Origin: Flavobacteriaceae bacterium
GTDB lineage: Bacteria; Bacteroidota; Bacteroidia; Flavobacteriales; Flavobacteriaceae
Reading direction: 5' to 3'
DNA length: 38,043 nucleotides
NCBI GenBank assembly: GCA_002714815.1
Contig: PAYI01000054.1
Span: 1 to 38,043, forward strand
Shown: one piece after another, positions 10,490-19,428 of the stretch
Layout of the letters: each line of letters begins with the position of its first letter
Position numbering within the stretch: position 1 is the stretch's first letter
Made by a program: the position numbers and the translations under genes
The notes under the pieces: generated by a model
The model's database searches: none
Seen by the model: the letters and a program-made list of their open reading frames with translations, nothing else
What the model was told of the DNA's origin: nothing

Positions 10490-11025
10490 ATTAAAACCTT
10501 TAAGTCCTTTAATATTAATTTAGGCTCCATGGAAACTGGAAAAAACATTACCGCCCTTCCATATGGATCAATTATAAAAATCTTTTGTTCAAGAAAGAAT
10601 TCCTCGTTGCCTGCTTCTAACAACCTTTGAAATAGTTTGCCTTCAGAATCAATGATGACCTGAGTTCTCGGGTAACCAGTTAGCTGATCTTTTAGCAATT
10701 TCTTATCCTGAGAAAAAATTACTCTTTTTAATTTATTGATATCTCTATTTAGAGCTACGTTAAGCTGTCGCATCAAATAAAGTGCTTCTGGTAGCTCTGC
10801 ACCATTCAAACCATAGGTAGCAAATAACCATTTGCCATCTTCGAATTTTAAATTTTCTTCATCATCCATAAGATTTAGATTGGTTACATCAAAATATTCA
10901 GCAAAAAATATCCCATTGTTTTTAGTATATTTTGGGGAATAGCCTGTCTGAAAAGATAATGTTGAAATCATTAAAACTAAAAGGGGTGTTAATAATAAAA
11001 CTGCTAAAAATATCTTACTTCTCAT
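10486..11025 (-). CDS. Conserved-position hypothetical membrane-anchored protein of the oxidase assembly operon
   Basis: 179 aa with a single N-terminal hydrophobic helix. 4-nt ATGA-type overlaps with both neighbours (SURF1 upstream, ctaA downstream) imply co-translation in the operon. No recognisable catalytic motif and no Cys or His. Confidence 0.65.
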   Translation of the reverse strand: MRSKIFLAVLLLTPLLVLMISTLSFQTGYSPKYTKNNGIFFAEYFDVTNLNLMDDEENLKFEDGKWLFATYGLNGAELPEALYLMRQLNVALNRDINKLKRVIFSQDKKLLKDQLTGYPRTQVIIDSEGKLFQRLLEAGNEEFFLEQKIFIIDPYGRAVMFFPVSMEPKLILKDLKVLI

Positions 11026-11726
11026 GATTCTCTCTTAATTGCATACATAAACATTCCTGCTAAGACCAGGCTCATGGTAAACCATTGAAGGGCGTAGCCA
11101 TAATGTTTGGTTGGTGTAATGACAAAAGGGGTTAATGCGATATACTCATTCAAAAATAGAGAGCCAGGCTCTAATATTAGTACCATATTTGAAAATTGTT
11201 TTTCATAGGCTGCTTGAATTACGCTTGGTGATTTAGTTTGGGAAACCATAGGCCATTCATTGGTTAGCAATTTATCGCCCACTAAAACCTCTTTCTCAGG
11301 TTTAATCAAACTCCCAACTATGCGCAATTTGGTAGCATTAAAATTTATATCAGGTAGATCACTTCTTGTTTTGCCTTGAGAGATCCAACCACGATCAACG
11401 AAAATTGCTTGGTCTTGCTCATAGTAAAATGGTGTATATATTTTGTAACCCACCTTTCCGTTATTGATTTGATTGTCTATTAGAACTTGTTGAGCAGGAT
11501 CATATAATCCTTCAATATGTACTCTACTCCATTGTGAGGAGGATACAGAAATAGGCAAAGGGCCTTTAGCTTGCTCTAAATCAAATTCTTGAATTAGGCT
11601 TGCTTTTAATCCAGCTCTTTCTATCTGCCAGAATCCTAACAAAATAAACACAACGATGAAAAAACATGAAAAGGCAGTTAGTGCTTTATTATGTTTTATA
11701 TGCTCAATTGTTGGTAAATCTTTCAT
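11022..11726 (-). CDS. SURF1 family cytochrome oxidase biogenesis protein
   Basis: 234 aa. GFWQIERA near the N-terminal TM helix, VDRGWI in the middle, HYGYALQWFTMSLV at the C-terminal TM helix, which is the classic SURF1 pattern. Confidence 0.85.
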   Translation of the reverse strand: MKDLPTIEHIKHNKALTAFSCFFIVVFILLGFWQIERAGLKASLIQEFDLEQAKGPLPISVSSSQWSRVHIEGLYDPAQQVLIDNQINNGKVGYKIYTPFYYEQDQAIFVDRGWISQGKTRSDLPDINFNATKLRIVGSLIKPEKEVLVGDKLLTNEWPMVSQTKSPSVIQAAYEKQFSNMVLILEPGSLFLNEYIALTPFVITPTKHYGYALQWFTMSLVLAGMFMYAIKRES

Positions 11727-11749
11727 TATAAAAGTGTTATAGTTCGACT

Positions 11750-11962
11750 ATGTGGCTTAAACCTCTTATTGCAATTGTTATTATCTTAATCTTTTTGAGC
11801 TTATTCAGTAGTCTCTTTTTTCTTTTCAAAGACCAAGGACAGGGCAAACGCTCTGTATACAGTCTTGGTTTCAGGGTTAGCCTTGCAGCACTGCTGCTTA
11901 TCTTGGTCTCTTACGGCCTATATACTGGGGAGTTAGGAAATACAGTTCCTTGGGGCTCCTAA
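11750..11962 (+). CDS. Small twin-transmembrane-helix protein (DUF2909-like)
   Basis: 70 aa with two hydrophobic helices joined by the basic loop FLFKDQGQGKRSVYSLGFRV. A gene of this kind sits between coxC and SURF1 in gammaproteobacterial aa3 clusters as I recall. The family assignment is from memory, not from a search. Confidence 0.6.
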   Translation: MWLKPLIAIVIILIFLSLFSSLFFLFKDQGQGKRSVYSLGFRVSLAALLLILVSYGLYTGELGNTVPWGS

Positions 11963-11963
11963 T

Positions 11964-12869
11964 TTAAAGTATATAAACAAAAAGAAATAGCATCACCCAA
12001 ACCACATCTACGAAGTGCCAGTACCAAGAGGCCGCTTCAAATCCAAAATGACTATGAGGATCAAAGTGATTATAAAAAACTGATCTGGATAACATTACAG
12101 CAAGCATGAACCCGCCCATCATAACGTGAAATCCATGGAACCCTGTCAACATAAAGAAAGTTGAACCATATATACCTGAATTAAGAGTTAAACCATAATG
12201 AGCATATGCTTCGTAATACTCAGCTGCCTGCAGTCCGACAAATATTAATGCAAGGGTAACAGTTATGCCAAGCCAGACATTAAAACTTTTTTTATTATCA
12301 TTTTTAAGTGCAAGGTGAGCAAAATGAACAGTTACGCTGGAGCTAAGAAGCACTATTGTGTTCCACAAAGGCAACCACTTTAAAGCATTGCCCCAACCAG
12401 GCCAACTCATGTTTTTGTCTGCAAGTACATATGCTGATCCAGCATCTGGAGTAGACATGACAGGCCATGCGGCCTCAAAACCCTCCCAAAGCATATTTGC
12501 CAAACCTTTTTCACCATCACCGCCGAGCCATGGGACAGAGAAATTTCTCACATAAAATAATGCTCCAAAAAATGCAGCAAAGAACATTACCTCAGAAAAA
12601 ATAAACCAGCCCATGCCGAATACAAAAGATTTTTGAAGTTGAGCACTATCTAAACCTGCAATGTGCTCTCTAATAACTGTTCTAAACCAGAAGTATAAAG
12701 TTGCAGCAAAAACAGCAAATCCTGAATAAAGAATATATACAGAGTTGCTGTCAGGTTTTCCAAGATCGTTAATTGTGCCAGCTGCACCCATAACTAATAA
12801 AAAAAGTGCTGTTGCAGCATATATAGGAAATTTACTTTGCTCTGGTACATAGTATTTCTGATAACTCAT
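11964..12869 (-). CDS. coxC: Cytochrome c oxidase subunit III
   Basis: 301 aa with 7 TM segments. C-terminal HGFHVMMG...AASWYWHFVDVVW is diagnostic. Confidence 0.93.
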   Translation of the reverse strand: MSYQKYYVPEQSKFPIYAATALFLLVMGAAGTINDLGKPDSNSVYILYSGFAVFAATLYFWFRTVIREHIAGLDSAQLQKSFVFGMGWFIFSEVMFFAAFFGALFYVRNFSVPWLGGDGEKGLANMLWEGFEAAWPVMSTPDAGSAYVLADKNMSWPGWGNALKWLPLWNTIVLLSSSVTVHFAHLALKNDNKKSFNVWLGITVTLALIFVGLQAAEYYEAYAHYGLTLNSGIYGSTFFMLTGFHGFHVMMGGFMLAVMLSRSVFYNHFDPHSHFGFEAASWYWHFVDVVWVMLFLFVYIL

Positions 12870-13456
12870 ATTGAAGGCTCCATTTCATGACCAGCATGGT
12901 AATCGTCATTATTATGTTGAGTAAATTTAACATCATTATAATCTGTGACATCAAAAATTGTATATGACAGCACGACGCTGTTGATTGAGCTTGGAAGTTC
13001 ATCATCAAAAATAAGCCTTACTGGCAAAAGAGCTTCCTCCCCAGGATCAAGCTGCTGTTCTTCAAAACAAAAACATTCTAGCTTTTTTAAATGCGCTGCT
13101 GCGTTAGAGGGAGCAACACTTGGTATTGCTTGGGCAACCATTCTCTTATTAGTTGTATTTTTTACGTAGAAGGTAGCTGTGTGATATTTGCCTGTCTTGA
13201 TTTGTATATTATCTTCAGAAGGTTTAAATGCCCAAGGCATCTCTTCATTATTGTGAGAAACAAATTGAATTGAGATATCTCGCCCATTGTCAATCTCAAT
13301 AGTTTTATCATTGGTGGCTCTCAATTCAATTTTTCCATTAAGACCAGTGACTTCACAAAAAACATTATAGAGAGGGACCAAAGCAAACGAAAATGTAAAC
13401 ATTCCAAGCACTGCAAAACAAAGAGTTTTAATCGTTTTTTTTGATCCTTCGTTCAT
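12866..13456 (-). CDS. ctaG: Cytochrome c oxidase assembly protein CtaG/Cox11
   Basis: 196 aa with an N-terminal TM helix. VPLYNVFCEVTGLNG and copper-binding CFCF motifs. Confidence 0.9.
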   Translation of the reverse strand: MNEGSKKTIKTLCFAVLGMFTFSFALVPLYNVFCEVTGLNGKIELRATNDKTIEIDNGRDISIQFVSHNNEEMPWAFKPSEDNIQIKTGKYHTATFYVKNTTNKRMVAQAIPSVAPSNAAAHLKKLECFCFEEQQLDPGEEALLPVRLIFDDELPSSINSVVLSYTIFDVTDYNDVKFTQHNNDDYHAGHEMEPSI

Positions 13457-15042
13457 TAATTAACCTTAGGCGGTGTGGTGAATGTATGATAAGGAGCTGG
13501 TGACTCTACAGTCCACTCAAGACCTCTTGAGCCTTCCCAAACCTCTGGCGAGGCCTTCTTACCACCCATAACAGTTTTAAGAACAATGAATAAAAATAAA
13601 ATTTGAGAAGCGCCAAACAAAAATGCTCCAACAGAAGAAATCATATTCCAATCTGCAAATTGAAGTGCGTAGTCAGGAACCCTTCTTGGCATTCCGGCTA
13701 AACCAATCCAGTGCTGAGGGAAGAAAGTTACATTGACTCCAATGAATGAGAGCCAAAAATGTAATTTTCCAAGCCGTTCATCATACATATTGCCTGTCCA
13801 TTTTGGAATCCAATAATAGACAGCAGCCATAATTGAAAAGATTGATCCCGGAACAAGCACATAATGAAAATGCGCAACTACAAAATATGTGTCATGATAT
13901 TGGAAATCAGCTGGAGTAATTGCAAGCATTAACCCAGAGAAACCACCAATAGTAAAAAGCACAACAAAGGCTATAGCAAAAAGCATTGGAGTTTCATAAC
14001 TAATTGAGCCCTTGAACATTGTGGTTACCCAGTTAAAAACCTTCACGCCAGTTGGAACAGCAATCAACATTGTTGCCCACATAAAAAACAATTCTGCAGC
14101 TAAAGGAAGGCCAACCGTAAACATATGATGTGCCCAAACAACAAAAGATAAAATTGCAATTGAAGCCATCGCCCAAACCATAGATGCATATCCAAATAAC
14201 TGCTTTCTTGAGAATGTCTCAATAATATGGGATGCAATACCAAAAGCTGGGAGGATCATAATATAGACTTCTGGGTGACCAAAAAACCAAAAGATGTGCT
14301 GAAATAAAACAGGGTCCCCACCCCCAGCAGCATTAAAGAAACTTGTTCCAAAATGGATGTCCATAAGCATCATTGTTACAGCTCCTGCAAGAACAGGCAT
14401 AACTGCTATTAAAAGGTATGCTGTGATTAACCATGACCATACAAAAAGTGGCATTTTCATCAAAGTCATGCCAGGCGCTCTCATATTCATGATAGTTACG
14501 ATCACATTGATAGATCCCATTATCGATGATGCACCCATAATATGAACAGAAAAAATAAAAAAGGTAACACTTGGAGGGGCATAAGTTGTAGATAATGGAG
14601 CATAAAATGTCCATCCAAAATTAGGAGCTCCACCTTCCATAAACAAAGATGCTAGTAGAATGAAGAATGCAAATGGGAGTATCCAAAAACTTAAGTTATT
14701 CATTCTTGGAAGCGCCATATCTGGAGCGCCTACCATCATTGGCACTAACCAATTCGCTAAACCAACAAACGCCGGCATTACAGCCCCAAAGACCATTATC
14801 AGCCCATGCAATGTGAGCATTTGATTGTAAAATTCTGGTTCAACAATTTGCATGCCTGGTTGGAAAAGCTCAGCTCTTATAATCATTGCCATAGCCCCGC
14901 CAATTAAGAACATTGCAAAACTAAACCATAAATATAGACTACCTATATCTTTATGGTTGGTAGTGTACAACCATCTGGTCAATCCTTTTGCAGGGCCATG
15001 ATGATGATCATCATGATTGTGGGATTCTATTACTGCACTCAT
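13456..15042 (-). CDS. coxA: Cytochrome c oxidase subunit I (aa3-type)
   Basis: 528 aa. Heme-copper oxidase signatures WFFGHPEVYI and HHMFTVG. Its TAA stop shares one base with the ctaG ATG (TAATG). Confidence 0.97.
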   Translation of the reverse strand: MSAVIESHNHDDHHHGPAKGLTRWLYTTNHKDIGSLYLWFSFAMFLIGGAMAMIIRAELFQPGMQIVEPEFYNQMLTLHGLIMVFGAVMPAFVGLANWLVPMMVGAPDMALPRMNNLSFWILPFAFFILLASLFMEGGAPNFGWTFYAPLSTTYAPPSVTFFIFSVHIMGASSIMGSINVIVTIMNMRAPGMTLMKMPLFVWSWLITAYLLIAVMPVLAGAVTMMLMDIHFGTSFFNAAGGGDPVLFQHIFWFFGHPEVYIMILPAFGIASHIIETFSRKQLFGYASMVWAMASIAILSFVVWAHHMFTVGLPLAAELFFMWATMLIAVPTGVKVFNWVTTMFKGSISYETPMLFAIAFVVLFTIGGFSGLMLAITPADFQYHDTYFVVAHFHYVLVPGSIFSIMAAVYYWIPKWTGNMYDERLGKLHFWLSFIGVNVTFFPQHWIGLAGMPRRVPDYALQFADWNMISSVGAFLFGASQILFLFIVLKTVMGGKKASPEVWEGSRGLEWTVESPAPYHTFTTPPKVN

Positions 15043-15056
15043 ATTACTTCCTTTTT

Positions 15057-16208
15057 TTAAACTTTTGGTTTTTTATAATCAACAATATCTTTAGGAATAA
15101 CGATTTCACCATCGCCGTTTTCTGCGTTTCCCCAGGCTTGTCTTGTATATGTGATCACTGAAGCCATATCAACTTCTGATAGTTGATTTGCAAATGATTG
15201 CATGGCTGCCCCCTGAACACCTTCCATTAAAATCTCAATATTTCTCGCTTTATCATTTAAAGAAATGTTGCTGCCAGCCAAGTTTGGAAATATTCCTGTT
15301 ATGCCTTGCCCATTAGCTTGATGACATGCAACACAATTTTTCAAATATACTCCCTCTCCTCTTTCAGTAAGCTCAGCTAAGCTCCAATCTTTTTCGGTTA
15401 GCTCAGCCATCCTGAACGCAGCATCTTTTTTGTCTTTAACCCATGCATCATATTCATCTTGAGGAACAACTTTTACAACTACTGGCATAAATCCATGATT
15501 CTTTCCACATAGCTCTGTACACTTACCTCTATATATACCAGGCTCATCAACGATGGTCCAAGCAGTATTTATAAAGCCTGGGATTGCATCTTGCTTAATA
15601 GCAAAATCTGGCATCCACCAAGAGTGAATAACATCATTTGCTGTAATTAGAAATCTTATTTTTTTGCCCACAGGTATTACTACTGCCTCATCAACTTCTT
15701 CAAGATAGAATTCTCCTTTTGGAGTCTTGTTATATATTTCGTCCCAGTCTGTAGTTAGATTTTGAAAAAAATCTATGTCATCTTCTAGGTACTTGTATTG
15801 CCATTTCCACTGATATCCAACCACCTGAATGTTAATATCGCCTTCAGTATCATCGTAAATCTTGGTAAGTGTATTTGAGGCTGGGATAGCCATAAATACT
15901 AAAATTAAGAAAGGTACAACAGTCCAAGCAAGCTCAAGTTTTGTATTCTCGTGGAATGTAGATGGATTAGGATTTCTTTTCTTAGTGTATGCAAACATTG
16001 AATAAAACATGACACTAAATACAACCAAACCAATAACCACACATATCCAGAAAATTAACATATGCAGATCAAAGACTTCTTTGCTAATAGCTGTGACTCC
16101 TTCGGTCATATTAAGGTCATCCCAAGCAGCAAATAGATTGCCTGATAAAAGAAATATTAATACTGCAAAGAATTTGTTGGAAATACTTATGGTAGCTTTT
16201 TTAAACAT
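15057..16208 (-). CDS. coxB: Cytochrome c oxidase subunit II with C-terminal cytochrome c domain
   Basis: 383 aa. CuA site HSWWMPDF...CTELCGKNHGFM, followed by the heme c motif CVACH in the C-terminal extension. Confidence 0.95.
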   Translation of the reverse strand: MFKKATISISNKFFAVLIFLLSGNLFAAWDDLNMTEGVTAISKEVFDLHMLIFWICVVIGLVVFSVMFYSMFAYTKKRNPNPSTFHENTKLELAWTVVPFLILVFMAIPASNTLTKIYDDTEGDINIQVVGYQWKWQYKYLEDDIDFFQNLTTDWDEIYNKTPKGEFYLEEVDEAVVIPVGKKIRFLITANDVIHSWWMPDFAIKQDAIPGFINTAWTIVDEPGIYRGKCTELCGKNHGFMPVVVKVVPQDEYDAWVKDKKDAAFRMAELTEKDWSLAELTERGEGVYLKNCVACHQANGQGITGIFPNLAGSNISLNDKARNIEILMEGVQGAAMQSFANQLSEVDMASVITYTRQAWGNAENGDGEIVIPKDIVDYKKPKV

Positions 16209-16340
16209 TAAATTTTGTCCCTAGTCGAGAATGTTTCAAAAATAAAAAATTGATATAAAGCATTATAATTAAAAATTATGTTCATTAATAGATTTTTAAA
16301 GCTTTTTTTTGATTTTTTCAACTAATTTTTTGTGGCGCTA

Positions 16341-16360
16341 TAATAGCTTTTAATAGCTTT
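16341..16360. repeat. Perfect tandem duplication of a 10-mer (TAATAGCTTT x2)
   Basis: Read directly: 16341-16350 and 16351-16360 are identical. The unit abuts and overlaps the yheV stop codon (16359-16361) and lies in the 150-bp spacer upstream of coxB. Confidence 0.85.
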
Positions 16361-16577
16361 AAATTCTAGGTTTTTTAGGTCTAAAATCATCGATATTAAA
16401 AACTTTTGGCTCATTAGAGTTTGAAGATTTATTTTCAATATCTTTAGGCTTTTTTTCCTTAAAATCGCAGTTTAAACAATAAATAGTTTTGTCATCGGGA
16501 GTTATGGCAATTTTGTCTTGAGCCTTGCATGATGGGCAAACTGCCCCAGCAATGAAACGAATGAATCCCCTACTCAT
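16359..16577 (-). CDS. yheV: YheV-family putative zinc-ribbon protein
   Basis: 72 aa. RFIAGAVCPSCKAQD...YCLNCDF gives two CxxC pairs, matching the N-terminal pattern of E. coli YheV (RFIAGAKCPACQAQD). Overlaps the aroE stop by 8 nt. Confidence 0.7.
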   Translation of the reverse strand: MSRGFIRFIAGAVCPSCKAQDKIAITPDDKTIYCLNCDFKEKKPKDIENKSSNSNEPKVFNIDDFRPKKPRI

Positions 16578-17388
16578 TAAGCAGGTCCGATTTAGTTATT
16601 TTGGTTGCTGGTGCTACACCAGTCCACAATTCAAAAGAGGCGGCTGCCTGTTGTATTAACATTCCAAAACCATCGAAAAATTTTTCAGCGTGCTGGCTTC
16701 CCCAACTTAAAAAAGGAGTTAGGGTATCATCTTTACTATAACTAAGATCATAAAGAACGGTTTCGTTATTTATCTTTAATTCTCTGTTCCAAGAAAATGG
16801 ACCGGAAAATCCAATTGATGTTGCATTAATAACTAAATCTATATCTTCATGAAAACTTTCTAAATTCAATATCCTTGAGTTAATTTCTTTTGAATCAGAA
16901 AACCTTTTAATTGCTCTTTCAAGATTATTTTTGGATCTATTATCCAAAATTATGTTTTTTGGTTTACATGCGTCAAGAGATGGAATGATGCTCAAGGCAG
17001 AGCCTCCTGCGCCTAAAATTAGTATATTTTTAGAAGAAATTGAGCGTTTATTTTTTAGATCCTTTACTAAACCAATGCCGTCAGTTGATTCTGCAAAAAT
17101 ACTACCTGAGCTATCTGAATTCAAAGTATTGGCCGCTCCAATTAAATTAACAAGTGATGATTTATTGTTAGCAAATCGAAGGCAATTAATCTTATGAGGC
17201 AGGGTGATATTGAGCCCGTCTCCTCCATTGCTAAAGAAATCTTTTATAAAACTAGCAAGATTATCTTCCCGAACATGATAAGCCTGATAGTCAATATTTA
17301 TATTTGTCTGTTTTGAAAAAATATTATGTATTTTAGGAGACAAGGAATGCTCGATTGGGTCGCCAATAACTCCTAATTTATATTGCAT
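16570..17388 (-). CDS. aroE: Shikimate dehydrogenase
   Basis: 272 aa. N-terminal GVIGDPIEHSLSPKIHN and NADP-binding ILGAGGSA motifs. Confidence 0.9.
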   Translation of the reverse strand: MQYKLGVIGDPIEHSLSPKIHNIFSKQTNINIDYQAYHVREDNLASFIKDFFSNGGDGLNITLPHKINCLRFANNKSSLVNLIGAANTLNSDSSGSIFAESTDGIGLVKDLKNKRSISSKNILILGAGGSALSIIPSLDACKPKNIILDNRSKNNLERAIKRFSDSKEINSRILNLESFHEDIDLVINATSIGFSGPFSWNRELKINNETVLYDLSYSKDDTLTPFLSWGSQHAEKFFDGFGMLIQQAAASFELWTGVAPATKITKSDLLNE

Positions 17389-17391
17389 AAT

Positions 17392-18315
17392 CTATATGTG
17401 TTGATTCCAATTTTTATTTATAAATCTTAAAAGTTTCTTTTCATTTTTAATAATGTTTTTGGAAAGTCGAAATGGCCAATTTACAGCTGGCGGCATTGAT
17501 GCCAGTATAGAATCAGTTCTTCCATTCGACTCTATTCCAAATTTTGTACCTCTGTCAAATAACAAATTAAACTCAACATATCTTCCTCTTCTGTATAGTT
17601 GAAACTCTCTGTCATTAGCTGTAAATTTTTTATCCTTATTCATATTGACGATATCTAGATAACTCTCAATGTAGCAATTAGCAACTGCATTTAATAAATC
17701 TAAGCTATCTTCTATAGTTTTATGCTTAAGCTGGTCAAAAAATATACCTCCGATACCCCTTTTTTCCTTTCTATGTGGCAAATAAAAATAATCATCACAA
17801 TTTTTAGCAAATTTTTTGTGGTATTTGAGGTCAAAATTATCCAAGCATAATTTTGCATTCGAGTGCCAAGTCGATGACTCATCTATAGTTGGGAAAAATG
17901 GAGTTAAGTCAAAGCCTCCTCCAATCCACCAGTTTTCTATTAAATTGTTTTTACTTAACTCTAAAAAAATCCTTACATTCATGTGGCTTGATGGACAAAA
18001 GGGATTCATGGGGTGAGCAATTACAGAAACTCCCATGGCATGAAATTTATTAGACTTAGTTTTTAGTTCTTCAGCAATAGACGATTGAGGTAGTTGTTTG
18101 CCAGAGATTGATGAAAAATTGACAGCGGCTTTTTCAATTGTGTCACCAGTAATTGAGATAGACTTCCCCCCACCTCCTTGATCTCTTTTCCATACTTTTG
18201 CAACTCTTATAGGATTAGTTATAAATAGGGTATTAAGGCCACTCTCAATATTCCTTTGAATCTTTGTAAAAATAGATTCTAGTTTTTTCAATTCTTTATT
18301 TGTGAGTTTATTCAC
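17392..18315 (-). CDS. hemF: Oxygen-dependent coproporphyrinogen III oxidase
   Basis: 307 aa. GGGFDLTP, RGIGGIFFD and YVEFNLLFDRGTKFG motifs. GTG start lies inside the last codons of tsaC (8-nt overlap). Confidence 0.93.
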   Translation of the reverse strand: MNKLTNKELKKLESIFTKIQRNIESGLNTLFITNPIRVAKVWKRDQGGGGKSISITGDTIEKAAVNFSSISGKQLPQSSIAEELKTKSNKFHAMGVSVIAHPMNPFCPSSHMNVRIFLELSKNNLIENWWIGGGFDLTPFFPTIDESSTWHSNAKLCLDNFDLKYHKKFAKNCDDYFYLPHRKEKRGIGGIFFDQLKHKTIEDSLDLLNAVANCYIESYLDIVNMNKDKKFTANDREFQLYRRGRYVEFNLLFDRGTKFGIESNGRTDSILASMPPAVNWPFRLSKNIIKNEKKLLRFINKNWNQHI

Positions 18316-18865
18316 GAATATATTCCATTGTATTTAAATCAATTATAGAGGATGGTTTTTTTGATTTTCCATTTTCGAAATAATAAAAAGCAACATCTGG
18401 ATCTGAAAAGATTTCAGCTATTTCTTCTAACTTTTTAGGGGTTGGTAGATTGCTTATATTGGCAGATGTAGAAACCATTAAATTATTAAAAAGAGACAGT
18501 AATTTAATTATTGGTTTGTGATTACTTACTCTCATTGCAATGCTATTATTTTCAGCTGTCAAGTAACTAGGAACTTTACCAGTTGAAGTAAAAATTATAG
18601 TTATGTGTCCAGGCCAATGACTCCTAACAAATTCATTTTGTTGCTCAGAAAGCGGTTTAAAATATTGAAGTGCTTTTTGTGTGGAGTGAGCCAACAAAAT
18701 AAAACTTTTAGAAGAGTCTCTTTGCTTAAGAATATTTACTTTTTCAACTGCTGATTGATTAAAAGCATCGCAGCCAATTCCCCATACTCCTTCTGTTGGA
18801 TGTATTAATATTTTTCCTTGTTTTAACCATTCGCTGGCATCTTCTGGATTAAAAATTTTATTCAA
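18308..18865 (-). CDS. tsaC: L-threonylcarbamoyladenylate synthase, TsaC/YrdC type
   Basis: 185 aa YrdC-domain pattern: HPTEGVWGIGCD, GHITIIF, STSANISN. TTG start. Confidence 0.85.
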   Translation of the reverse strand: MNKIFNPEDASEWLKQGKILIHPTEGVWGIGCDAFNQSAVEKVNILKQRDSSKSFILLAHSTQKALQYFKPLSEQQNEFVRSHWPGHITIIFTSTGKVPSYLTAENNSIAMRVSNHKPIIKLLSLFNNLMVSTSANISNLPTPKKLEEIAEIFSDPDVAFYYFENGKSKKPSSIIDLNTMEYIRE

Positions 18866-18869
18866 ATTT

Positions 18870-19364
18870 TTATTGAATAGAATCGTTTGCTTCTAAGACA
18901 TCCGCATGCATTTTTAACTTATATTCGTCCAATTTTTTTGCCATCGCTTCATCACTCGTGCCTATTATTTGTGCTGCACAAATTGCTGCGTTTATAGCTC
19001 CAGACTTTCCTATAGCAAATGTTGCTACAGGAACTCCTTTAGGCATTTGAACTGTTGCAAGCAAAGAATCCATTCCATCAAGGTCACCGCCTCCCAATGG
19101 AATACCTAATACTGGTTTTTTCGTTTGGGCAGCAATAGCGCCAGCTAAATGCGCGGCCATACCTGCAGCAGCTATAAATACTTTAGCGCCTTTTGCTTCG
19201 GATTCTTTAACTCTTTTAACAACTTCTTCAGGAGTTCTGTGTGCTGAAAGTATATACATACGATGAGGTATATTAAACTCGTTCAAAGTGTCTGACGCAG
19301 CTTGAACAACTGGTAAATCAGACTTAGAACCCATAAATATTGAAACTGAGATGTTATCGGACAT
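18870..19364 (-). CDS. purE: 5-(carboxyamino)imidazole ribonucleotide mutase
   Basis: 164 aa. IFMGSKSDLPV and SAHRTP motifs (class I PurE). GGAG ribosome-binding site upstream of the ATG. Confidence 0.95.
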   Translation of the reverse strand: MSDNISVSIFMGSKSDLPVVQAASDTLNEFNIPHRMYILSAHRTPEEVVKRVKESEAKGAKVFIAAAGMAAHLAGAIAAQTKKPVLGIPLGGGDLDGMDSLLATVQMPKGVPVATFAIGKSGAINAAICAAQIIGTSDEAMAKKLDEYKLKMHADVLEANDSIQ

Positions 19365-19428
19365 AAAATAGCTCCTTTAAAGTGCAAATAAAGATGTTGA
19401 TTATAAAGAATGAACATATAATGTGTAT

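Noticed and set aside
15057-16208. The CoxB-cytochrome c fusion and the complete assembly gene set could be a special oxidase system.
   Set aside because: As I recall, a C-terminal heme c domain on subunit II and the coxBA-ctaG-coxC / SURF1 / COX15 / cyoE / SCO1 layout are the ordinary arrangement of gammaproteobacterial aa3 clusters. It is conserved, not novel.
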